A stretch of 64,000 nucleotides of DNA from Epiperipatus broadwayi. Its lineage: Eukaryota > Animalia > Onychophora. The notes below the pieces were generated by a model. That model ran no database searches. It was not told the DNA's origin and saw only the letters and a list, made by a program, of their open reading frames with translations. The stretch is from the NCBI GenBank assembly GCA_028023455.1, contig JAQFVV010000005.1, forward strand, positions 62,001 to 126,000. Reading direction: 5' to 3'. Position 1 is the first letter of the stretch, and each line of letters opens with the position of its first letter. This document shows positions 53,540-64,000 of this stretch, in pieces. The position numbers were made by a program, and so were the translations under genes.

Positions 53540-54200
53540 GATGATATGAAATAGAATAGTATTAGATTGATTTACACATTGTTATTCTATATCAATTTAT
53601 ATACTGAATATGTAATGTGGAAAACCAACATAAAAGCAAATAAAGATCTAGGTTTAATGGATGAAAATATAGAAAACCTCAAGATTTTCAATATGAAAGT
53701 TATAGAACAGAATGAAAAGATAGGAGTGTGGATTAAATATGAAAAAGAATGATCTCAGATCATCTACTAAGTTCGGATTTGATAATGAGGATGTAGACAG
53801 AATTGATGATATTTGTTAATTGGATCATTTGATAACAAAGGATAAAGTAATGAAATTATTCATTATAGACCAATATCTAAATTGCAATAAAAAAGCTAGA
53901 AAATTAGTTTTGTAAGTAGGAACATATCTTTAAAAACATAGGGCAGAATTATTCCGCCTATGGTATCTCTCCTATGATTGTTTAGAGATGTAAAAAATAC
54001 ATAGTCAAAAAAAATGAGACATGTTGCATCTAAGAATCTTGTGGGTAGCAAAAAATGTATAACCCATGTTTATTTGACCATATCAGACACTAACTCTTGC
54101 TTAAACTACAAATGACCAGGTTGAAATTATTCTGAATTTATTGCATCCTGAGATACAATTCATTAGAAAAGTGTATAATATTTGAAAAAGTTGTTGGTAA
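53540..54200 (+). mobile_element. Decayed RTE-like RT fragment
   Basis: INLYTEYVMWK and DNEDVDRIDD..LDHLITKD resemble LFNLYAEYIMR and VDEFVYLGSLIT. Confidence 0.5.
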
Positions 54201-54656
54201 AAGATTAAAATAACAACTAGCTATGAAGTAGCTGATATTTATTATCACAATGGAAAATGTGCCCCTGAGATGCTTGAAAAGCCAAATGGATGATAAGACA
54301 TTCTGGGAAATACTATTTAAGTAAATGTGAGCATATTCTCTTAAAAAGGGAGAAAATTGAGTTTGTGAAATTTCATATGGAATTTGTGGAGCTTTTTATT
54401 TAAGTACAAACAATTAGTACTAGAAGAGATGAATATGATAAAGCAATTAAAAAGCACTCATCTTCATCACCATACTACAGTCATAATATTGATTTTTCTA
54501 ATACTAGAATCCTGTCCATATGTGAAATTCTCCAACAATGTAAAGTCAGAAAAGCCATTGAGATCTTTACGAAGCCACATTGAATCAACAAATGTAATGA
54601 CACACAAGCTATCTTCTACATCACATGATAATCATTTACTATGCTTACACAAACTG

Positions 54657-55045
54657 TTAAAATAGTGACAAACTCTCCATCCAGTAGTGCTACCCAGTGT
54701 AAGCCATAGTAATCAATAGATTCCAGAAAGTTTGAGCATAAAATTCCCCTCTAGTGCCTACTCATACAATATTCTCAGATTAGTTTCTAGTAAAAAATTA
54801 TTCACTTCATCAATTCTTCATAATTATTATACTGCACAGTAAAATAATTAGTTTCTAGTATGTGACTTCTATTAAGTGCAGTGCTCACATATCCAAGGTT
54901 CCCCATTGATGAAAGTCATAAGCTAGAAACTAGATGAGCAGGCATTAGATAGGAATTTTATGCACAAACCTTCTTGCATCCATTGATTACTATGGCTTGA
55001 ACTTGGTGACACTACTGAATGGAGGATTTATCGCTGTTTTAAACT
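54657..55045. mobile_element. Older family A fold-back copy
   Basis: Arms 54657-54795 / 54925-55045; degenerate hammerhead TTGATGA-A-AGT CATAA GCT-A-GAAA-CTAG near 54907-54935. Confidence 0.75.
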
Positions 55046-55134
55046 ATCTTTTATTTGAAAAATTTTTTTTAACCCATTAATCTGAATTCTTAGCCTTTAC
55101 ATTTTTAAACATTTTTTATTCTCGTTTTCTATAG

Positions 55135-58100
55135 GTGAAACTTTCAATCTTGTTATACATCAATGCTTACAGATCTTCTACAACCATTTCCCCCTAATAA
55201 ATATTCATTACTCAGTTAATGGACAATGTGATCTAGCTGAAACATCGGTATGTTAGTACTATAAATTATATACCGATGAATCCAGATAATGTCTTATATA
55301 TAGATAAGTATATAGATATAATATTGTAGCATGAAGTAGCTTAATGCAGAACAAAGTACTCTCAGCAACTCCTGAAAGGAGTAATGAAAGAGAGGCAGCA
55401 CTCAACAAATTATCAAGTAGTGAGGGAGTGAGCAATTTTCTCTAAGTATAGTCCTGTCAATCTTGAAAGTTATTCTAGGTTAACGATGGATAAACTACTA
55501 CAAAGTAAAACCTAAAACCATTGTTTACTCAGATTAGATTTAAATCCAAAGCATAGGCACCTATTTATAAATATTGGATTTTTATTCTGAGTTAACTATA
55601 GAACCAGCTGTTTAAAAAAGTCCTAGATCTGTTGTTTATTCAAAATAAATTTAAACTCCAGTCATAGATACTATAGGCTTACTCGCCACTATATCTTTTT
55701 ATAATATATGTGTGTGACAAGTGCCTTAGGGCAAGCTAATTTTAAAAGATTGACAAGAAATATAAATACAGCCTCAAGTTGCCTCATTTATCTTTATCAC
55801 TGTTTATAGAGATTAAGCATGTGTAATTTTGTTTTGTTTCAACTCTTTAACTTAATGGTTATTTATTTAAATGATATTACTTTTAACAAAACAATTTTAA
55901 TAGTCATAAATAGTTTATTTACTGGAGGAGAACAATTATTAATGACCAGTTTTAAAATAAATTTTCTTCATTAGGAAGTAAATAATTTCGATGCTGTTAA
56001 GGAAATGGCAAAATTATACATAAATTGAACATAACACTAAGAAAGTTGCTAAAAATACAAATTTCAGTTGCCTGTTTAATCATTTTCTATTTTTCTGTTT
56101 ATGTATATATTTATCTTTTTATTTATATATGTATTTGCATCTGTCTATCTTCTACATATTTACACTTGTCTATCTATATATCTATTATTACAACTATTTA
56201 TCTTTTATCTATATGCATGTGCAAAAATAGTATATACATCTGCCATGCTCACAGTCTCTGAATTTAAATTTGGGGCACGTGAATGTTAATAGGCTTAAGA
56301 GGTTTCCTTTCAAAGTGATCCACAGCAACCCAGCCAACTATTCAATATTGATTGGTATATGAGTATCTAGCTATTCTTACCTAGTAGTTACCAAGTCTTG
56401 TGAGTACCACTATTTCCTTTATTGTTTCTGTAAGAGAGTGTTTAAACTTTTATCCTGCGGTAAGCATTTAAGGTTCATTTTACTGCTCTACCTACCATGT
56501 ATAAAATAAAGAATATATTGCTAAAGCTATTAATATATAGTGTATCTGAACTTGGTTTAGTCCCATATGGCTATTTAAGTTATTTAGCTGGATTTAAAGA
56601 CATATGAATGTCTGAACATTTCAGATTTTCTACTTAGTAGTTAAACATTAAATAAAGTGCTGGGCTTCATCTGGTATTTTAAATCTAATGCTGGAATATC
56701 CTAGTGCCTCACTCATGACAGCCAGAGATAGAAACTAGTCTGAGGATAGGAATATTCTGAAAAACTTATTAAGAGCTATTGGCACTCTCATTATATAACA
56801 TTTGTAATACAAGCTTATAAAGCTAGGTCATGTGATATATGACTTGATTTTCTTGCAAAATAAAAAATATATGGAATGTGAAAATGTAAAACCACTGTCA
56901 TACTTTTTAAATGTAAATATCCATCACCACAATTTAGTTATATGCAGATTTTTTATATAAAGTAAAAATTAAATCAAAAATAGTTTTATATACATCTACT
57001 TTTTTACCATGAAATTATATATATATAAACAAGTTGCTCACTTAAAAATATTAACGTTGTTATAATTATCAACCATACATTTAATTGATGAAGTAGCAAA
57101 ATCAATACAGAGTCCTAGTGATCATATGAATAGTGTTCTGCTATTGACAACATTTTCAACATAGAATATGAAGATTTGATTCCTTTTCTCCATACAGTTG
57201 AATATAAACTTGTTGACATGGTGATGACTAATTATAATGCTCTCACTGTATGTATTAAGAGTCATAGAATTAAAAAACCATAAAACAAACAAAGTTCATT
57301 GAGATATTCGTAAGAAGTTTTAGTAGTTGAAGAGCTGGGCATAATCTATGGACTTTAATTTTTAGTGTAATTACACCAAACCTAATAAAGAAGCAATGAA
57401 GATAAGAAAAAGGATATAGATCCTTTTAAAAAAAGTTTATCAAAGAAAGTATATAAGATGAGAGGTATATAAGCATTTTAAATAATAACATTTATAATAA
57501 TCATTAGTAATGATTTAACAAGTAAACCACTATTTCGTGGATGATTATGTTAATCTTTTTTTTTGTTACAAAATTCATAGATATGATGAAAGGTTATGAA
57601 ATGAAAAAAGAAAAATGGATGACAGACAGATTGTAATTAGATTTAGATGTTAAATGTAGAAAAGACCAAAAATCCAACACCTTAATTACCCTTAGGAAAA
57701 GTAGAATTAGAGTAAGTAGGAATCGCTTAAAAGCAAACTAATGATAACTAGGATTAAGTTTAAAATATAATGAATCTATTATAAATGCTTTTACTATTAA
57801 AATATGAGTATATATTCCAAAGTTAAGATGCATTGTATGGATTTGACTTAGAGGAAGTTAGTTATGGAATAGTAATGTAAAATAAACAATTTTTGGCTTG
57901 ATTTCTTGTTGATTGTTTAATAATAAACCACCTATTTTAATATGAAGAAATTATTAAAAATATATTATTTTTTCTTCTATTTATTTATTGTAAATTTTTA
58001 ACTTTTATTTACAAACTTGATTAACTCCATATGATTATGAAAAATTTGTAAAAAATAAATAAATTGAAATTATATTAACATCTCATATAAAATTCCTGTT

Positions 58101-61100
58101 TCACTGTTGACTGAATGATTGTTTTTTTTTTCTCATGTGTCATAGCATCAGCCGGGAAGCGAACCTGCTAACCCGGGACAACTGCTTGTAAAACAGCTGT
58201 TGCTGACTTCTTGACCACCAATGCTTGATGACTGAATGATTTTTTATCCACAATTCTGTTTAATTGGTTGCTTTAACAAATTACAAAAGCAATGAATTTG
58301 ACAGCATTGAAAAAAACTTAATAAATAACTGTATCTAACTAAACCATAATTTATATTCCAAACATTTGATGCAAAGGAAGCAATTTCACCCTTTATATTT
58401 AATAATCCGTAATTTTTATTATGAAGAATATTTTATGTGAAGGAAGGATTTCCACCATTAATAAAAAATGCTCAGAAAAAAATCAGTACATGTGATTTTA
58501 ACTACGGTATAGAACTGAATAGGTATAATATTTAAATCACAAAAAAAATGTGATTACAGTAAATAAATTCGTTTGAAATGTAATATTCAGCGAGGAAAAA
58601 ACATAGATGCTACAGCAGCCTATTTACATTTAGTTTTGGTTAGCATATAATTGGAGTCATGTAATTTGATATCGCGTAGTTCACACTAATTCTGCCATTA
58701 ACACGCTGGCCTTTTAAACTGGCTACATTTCTCATATTTATATCTATAATATTAAAATCTTTTATTTAATTTACATTAGATCTTTAAAAAAAAATTATTA
58801 AAGCAACCAATTAAAAAAAATATGGCCTTTGTATTGGCCAGGTATATTTTGTCTTGTAATAAAATGTCCATCTTGAATAATTTGATGTATACATTTGTAT
58901 GTTTCTCTATTTCAACTTAAATTTTAGAAAGTAATGTTTATAAGAGAAATTGGCAACCCCAAGCCTATGACACATCCAGCTCAAATTTTTTTCTGGACCT
59001 CCAGCCTAACAATTGGACACCAATTATCTAGAGATCTGATAACTAGTAGCCAATGGTTGTATATCAGTGTATCAGCAAACGCTTAATAAAAACTCATTCA
59101 CAATTAATAAATCTCATCATATTATTGTATCTGCAGATACATTTGTTTTCATTGTTTCTTATTTCTTCATACTGATTTCTTCTTTTTTCTCTTTCCTTTC
59201 CAGAAGTTCTTTTTTTCTGAGCAAAAATGAAACCATGGATACTAAGAAAAGAAAGGTAGATCTTGAATGTTAAAATTTTAACGAAAGTTGGACACAGCTA
59301 TTTTTTCATTGAGCACTTTGGGAAATGTATTTGTTTGACTTAAATAGATACCACTGCCATGAAAAAAGTTTCAAATATTAAATGCCACTATGAAAACATG
59401 AGAAGACAAAGTTGCACAGCTGAAAAATAATTTAACAAAAAAGTCATTTTTTCACAAAAAAAAAAAAATGAAAAAAATGATCAAAACATTCTTGCTAGCT
59501 ATGAGGTGTTGAAACTAATTGCAGAAAAGTTGAAACCTTTTACTGTTGGAGAATTCTTTAAAGAATGCATATCAGCAAGAACTGTAACAAGATGAATTGA
59601 AGAACTGGTAGGAAATGTCAGAAATGGCTTAATGGGAATTTTAACAAATCTGGAGTATTATTCCATTGCTATTGATGAAACCACATATTTGACAAATACT
59701 TGCCAAGTACAATATTTGTGAAGGTTGTAACACCATCATTTGATATTGTGGAAGTGTACAATTGATTTCTATGAAGGACACTAGGACTGAAGAAAATATT
59801 TTGGGAGGCATTATAAAATCTATTTCTGAAATAAATCTTGGTTTATCAAAGTATATTGGAACAACCATACATGGAACACCAGTGATGATTGGAGAGAAAA
59901 GGGGTTTTTTTCATTGCTTTAAAAACACACTGGTATTGATCACAAACTAATCTAACATCACAACATTATTCATCAGGATGCATCATGTGCAAAGTCATTG
60001 AGTTTTAAAGATATCATGGCAGTGGTCATAAAAATAGTGAATTTTATATTTTCATGAGAACTACCCCCCCCCCATCAGTTTCAAGAATTTCTAAAATAAA
60101 TTGAAGCAGAGTATGGTGATCTTAAATATTTTTCAAACATTCAATGGCTTAGCAGAGGAAAAATGCTGGAAGGAATATATGCATTGAGAGAAGAGATTGC
60201 TATGTTTTTAAAGAGCAAAGACCAAGATATTTTTTGCTTTCAGGATCCACAGTGGATTATCAAGTTAGCATTTATGGTAGACATATTGACTCACATAAGC
60301 AATTTGAATCTTGAGTTTCAAAGAAGAAACAAGCTAATATTTGAAATATATGGTCAAATTACTGATTTTGAAAGAAAACTTTAACTCTGGAATCACAACT
60401 TCAGACAAGCAACTATTCTCATTTTCCAAATCTCCAAAATCACAAGAAAGATATGACATTTTTGTGAGCTCTATTCAAGATTTGAGAAATGAGTTTTCTT
60501 CCCGTTTTATGGACTTGCAACACTATAGAAATCAATTTATATTATTTGGTTCTCCTTATGAAGTTGATGTGGAACAAGTGGCAGAAAAATATCAATAATC
60601 AACTTACAATGCAATGAATTTTTGAAATCAAAATTTCACTTCAAGTCCACTGGTAACTTCTACAAGAAATATGTATTACCAAGTGGAAAATATAAAAAAA
60701 ACAGTTTGAATAATGCAAAAATGATGGTATCATTATTTGCAAGTTACCTATGCTTGTGAACAACTTTTTTCAAAAATGAAATATTCTAAAAGTTGTTTAA
60801 GAACATGATGGCCATCTGACTGTTTTGCTTCTGGTATAAACAAACATTTCTCTGATCTGGAGAAGTTAGCAAACAATAAGCAGAAACAAGTGTTACATTA
60901 ATTAATTTGCCATTTCTAATTGTATTTTGTTTATAGTAAGGAATTTCCAATTTTTTTGTTGTGTTTGGGGTAAGTAATTGTTTTACTGTTATTCCTACAA
61001 TTAAATAAGTAACCTTGTTTAAATAAAATTATATTGATTTCTTTGTTTTCCTTAAATATCCAGACCAAGACCGCTTTTTAGCAGAGTAGTCTAAAGTTGA

Positions 61101-61498
61101 AATGATTTATTTGTACATTTGGCATTTTTGCATAGCAGTCTGTCCCTCTCTCCCCCAAAGGTTGTTTGCCCCTAGTTTATAACATCAATTTCGATATTTT
61201 TGCTAAACAATTTGGTTTCTGAAAACTTACATGTACATATACTAATTTAATTCACTGTCACATTTAAACATCTTTTTAAGAGGTTGTTTGATATTCAAGC
61301 AGCAGAAGAAATGTTTAAGATCTGATATGGAAACTTATAGCTCTTGAATCTACCATTCTGTGCTAAAATATACAGTATTTATAATTATTCTTTCCGTCAT
61401 TTTTATCATTTTCTTTTATTGTATTGTTTTCAGGTTCAAATCATCTTGATTTATCATGCCATTGGTCATTTCCCTAAACTAATTGCGATAATGAGATT
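55135..61498 (+). CDS. Three candidate exons, possibly a membrane protein segment
   Basis: 55135-55247 (phase 1 to 0), 58591-58638 (0 to 0) and 61434-61498 (0 to 2) splice to GETFNLVIHQCLQIFYNHFPLINIHYSVNGQCDLAETSRGKNIDATAAYLHLVLVQIILIYHAIGHFPKLIAIMR. The first and last are open in only one frame. The first overlaps a possible PLE hammerhead remnant, which weakens it. Confidence 0.35.
56640..56845 (+). mobile_element. Family A2 copy, degenerate hammerhead
   Basis: gaatatcctagtgcctca-CTCATGA-cagccagagata-GAAA-CTAG-TC-tgaggat; 3' ggtcatgtga tail. Confidence 0.7.
57250..57850 (+). mobile_element. Decayed CR1/L2-like RT C-terminal fragment
   Basis: KKDID..KKVYQRK and DMMKGYE resemble KKDIDLLERVQRRATK and KIMKGF. 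Confidence 0.4.
58121..58228 (-). mobile_element. tRNA-Gly-derived short SINE
   Basis: Reverse complement begins gcattggtggtcaagaag; TSD TGACTGAATGATT. Confidence 0.85.
58944..61174 (+). mobile_element. Decayed hAT (Buster/Charlie, GTF2IRD2-like) transposon
   Basis: MDTKKRKVDLEC*NFNESWT..FFIE, IKCHYE, QWIIKLAFMVDILTHISNLNLEFQ, FERKL, YACEQLFSKMK motifs; putative TSD GTTTATAA (nnnTAnnn) at 58936-58943 and 61175-61182; right end GGTTGTTTGCCCCTA. Confidence 0.85.
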
Positions 61499-61779
61499 GT
61501 ATGTTTGACTATCTGCATTTTCAACCTTTAATTAGACTTACAGCTATTCTAACCCCAATATTTGCTTCATTCTTTGGGGGGGGGGGGACTAAAAGTAGCC
61601 ATTCTTATTTTGGCTGGAAATGAAAATCAATAGATAAAACTGATTTTATATATATAACGGAGAATGTTTGTATTTCAAATATTACACATTAAGCCTGCAT
61701 CCTGACCATCTCTCTTCTATGTATTTAAATGGATAAGATTCTATACATGAGGAATCAGAGTGACTTGAGGTCAACATGG

Positions 61780-62150
61780 GCAGGGCAATAATATTGGAAT
61801 CAGTATGGGATTTGGGCTTTCCATCATCATATTTTCAATTGAATGGATGGCTGAGGAGTTGGAGGCTGAAGTGGATTGAGGCATGTCCATTAAAATATGA
61901 GGATTTGCTATCTTAATATAAACTGAGACCTGATTATATATATGTGTGTGTGTGGGAGATGATGATCAGGACCAACTGATGAGTGCTGGTTCATCATTTT
62001 ATTATTTATCTTTTCTACATGTGTGTGGTCATGTGTATCAGTGGTATGAGATAGTGTGGATAGTTGAAGGGTGCTTGAAAGTCTGTGTTCAAATTCCCTA
62101 TATTTATAATACCTTTGTTTGCAAAAAATGTTTGAATATTTTTTCACAAT
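61780..62150 (+). mobile_element. Family B2 element (hammerhead 5' half plus tRNA-like box segment)
   Basis: ACCAA-CTGATGA(61976-61982)-GTGCTGGTTCA; downstream gtatcagtggtatgag and gtgttcaaattccc; homologous to 13100-13480. Confidence 0.65.
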
Positions 62151-62287
62151 ACAATGAAAGATTTGTCTTACAGCCTCCCATAAATAAACCACAAGAGAAA
62201 TAACCCAATTATTAAATAGGGAGAGTTTGCAAATTTTCCTGATTTTGCTTTACTCTCTAGCTAAGAACATGTTAATGGGTTAAAAGA

Positions 62288-63210
62288 TATACTTAATAAC
62301 CTCCACTCCACCATACACTTTTAAAAAACATGAATAAATGTACCATAAAAGACAAAAGACCCCAAAATGCATTTTGTATTGAACCAGCACTCAATCAGTT
62401 GACTCAGGCCACAATTATTCACATTATGTTCAGTATTTATTAATAGTAAATTACTACAGTTTGATTTATTAGTGTCAGAATTTTTGAACTCATAACTTTG
62501 ATGCAAACCATTTTATGTAAATAAATTAATGATTATTACTAATAATTTATTAAACTAGATATTATCCCTAGCCCAGATATAAACTTTGAACCTTAGCTAA
62601 AGATTAATATATCTTTTTTAATTAAACACATACAAACATGGAGTAAAATAATTTCATTTCTCTTTTCCTATATGTAATATATACTTAATAACCTCTATTT
62701 CACCATACACTATTGAAATAAATGAATAAAAACATTACAAAAGACACATGACACCCAAAATACCTTTAAGTGCTGAACCAGCACTTATCAGTTGGCTCAG
62801 GATAAATATATTTATCAATTTCAACTTACAAGTGTCAAACATTCCACTCCCAATTTTAACATGATCTATTCCAGATTAATACATTAATGATTATCACTAA
62901 TCATTTATTAAACTAGAGATTATATCTAATCCAGATATAAACTTTAAACATCAGCATGAAATGCATCTTGGGAGTCATTTATCTTTTATGATGTCTTTTT
63001 ATTCATGTGTTTGAAGATTGTATGGTAAAATGGAGATTAGTAAGTACAGTACATCTATAATAGATATTACATGTGGGAAAAGAGATATGAAATCGAATTA
63101 TTTTATGTGTGTGTTTAATTAAAAAAACAGATATGTTAACCTTTAACTAAAGTTTAAAAGTTTGTATCCATGGTGATCTTTAGTTTAATAAATGATTATC
63201 ACTACTCATT
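62288..63210. mobile_element. Family B hammerhead element: minus-strand head-to-tail ~2-mer plus inverted sense 3' part
   Basis: Minus-strand hammerheads at ~62360-62405 and ~62752-62797 (predicted cleavage sites 393 nt apart); plus-strand arm from ~62951 begins CAGCAT-GAAA-TGCA-TC-TTGGG. Confidence 0.8.
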
Positions 63211-63317
63211 AATGTATTTATTTAGAGTGGATCGTGCCAAAATTATGGATGGAGTAAGTTTGATACTTGTAAAGTAAAATATAGCAATTTAATGGTTTAA
63301 CTATAAGTTTTAGTCAA

Positions 63318-63412
63318 GCGTTGATGGCCGAGTGGTTAGCACAGCTGCCTTACAAGCAGTTGTCCCGTGGTTCGCTTCCCGCCCCACGCTTTGACATATT
63401 AAAAAAAAAAAA
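63318..63412 (+). mobile_element. tRNA-Gly-derived short SINE
   Basis: GCGTTGATGGCCGAGTGGTTAGCACAGCTGCCTTACAAGCAG...GGTTCGCTTCCC; poly-A; TSD CTATAAGTTTTA. Confidence 0.85.
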
Positions 63413-63621
63413 CACTATAAGTTTTATATCTGAAAAACAAAAAACAACTTCAACCTGATTAGAATCTAAAAAAAATTTATGTTTACCTGGTTTGAATTCA
63501 AACTTCTCATTAAAGCAAATCAGATAGAAGCAATACTTTTGCACCATAAGATTTTGTAATTAAATGAATACTCTTTTATATCCATTCATCCAAAATTTTT
63601 AACTAAATAATTCTAATTTTT

Positions 63622-63727
63622 TTTTTTTAAATTGTCATAGCATCGGCCGGGACGCGAACCCGCAACCCGAGCAACTGCCTGCAAGTGCAAGGCAGTCGCG
63701 CTGACCTCTCGACCACCAATGCAAGAC
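63622..63727 (-). mobile_element. Young tRNA-Gly-derived SINE (CpGs intact)
   Basis: Reverse complement: GTCTT-GCATTGGTGGTCGAGAGGTCAGCGCGACTGCCTTGCACTTGCAGGCAG...GGGTTCGCGTCCCGGCCGATGCTATGACAATTT-A(n); TSD AATTCTAATTTTT. Confidence 0.9.
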
Positions 63728-64000
63728 AATTCTAATTTTTATTAAAATAAATATAAAAGAAGACTATTTCATAGATGTGTAGATAAGAGTTTGAACTATA
63801 TAGTAATGATTTCTTAATAAAAGTAAAACCAACTCAAACTTAATGTTGCTAATTTATTTGAATTTAATTAAATTGAAAGAGAAATATTTCTTCTTAATAG
63901 ATTAAGAGAAATCGTTTTTAAATAATCCATTATTGGTCTATGATCTCCCGAACATCCCCACAGAAAACAAGTGTGTGTGGGGGTGGACGGGGTAGTAATC

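Noticed and set aside
53248-56289. Ile/Tyr/Leu/Phe-rich ORFs (53248-53514, 56025-56289; also 16142-16330)
   Set aside because: They are translations of degenerate (GATA/TATC)n low-complexity sequence.
55135-61498. Faint resemblance of the spliced peptide (CDLA followed by a hydrophobic stretch) to HGSNAT
   Set aside because: Only four residues match and the flanking conserved motifs I recall are absent; no gene symbol assigned.

Overview
Very AT-rich, strongly CpG-depleted eukaryotic genomic DNA, most likely from an invertebrate animal (inference; the taxon cannot be identified from the sequence). It is dominated by decayed mobile elements, and no long intact gene is present. Recognisable content: two adjacent Merlin (IS1595/ISXO2-like) DNA transposons with intact 8-bp TSDs; two hAT fossils; many RTE and other LINE fragments; Penelope-like element (PLE) fragments including a GIY-YIG endonuclease; seven copies of a ~100-bp tRNA-Gly-derived SINE; and a possible micro-exon-rich host gene on the + strand from about 42.8 kb. 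The most striking signal is a set of non-coding repeat families carrying minimal type I hammerhead ribozyme motifs (CUGANGA / stem II / GAAA / palindromic minimal stem III). Two families occur as head-to-tail dimers (~453-nt and ~393-nt units) fused to inverted copies. Family A shows variable-length TSDs and a fixed 3' end. One further family joins a tRNA-like Pol III head to a hammerhead. This fits PLE-mobilised, retrozyme-like RNAs. All of it was read by eye: no folding, alignment or database search was run, and ribozyme activity is not demonstrated.
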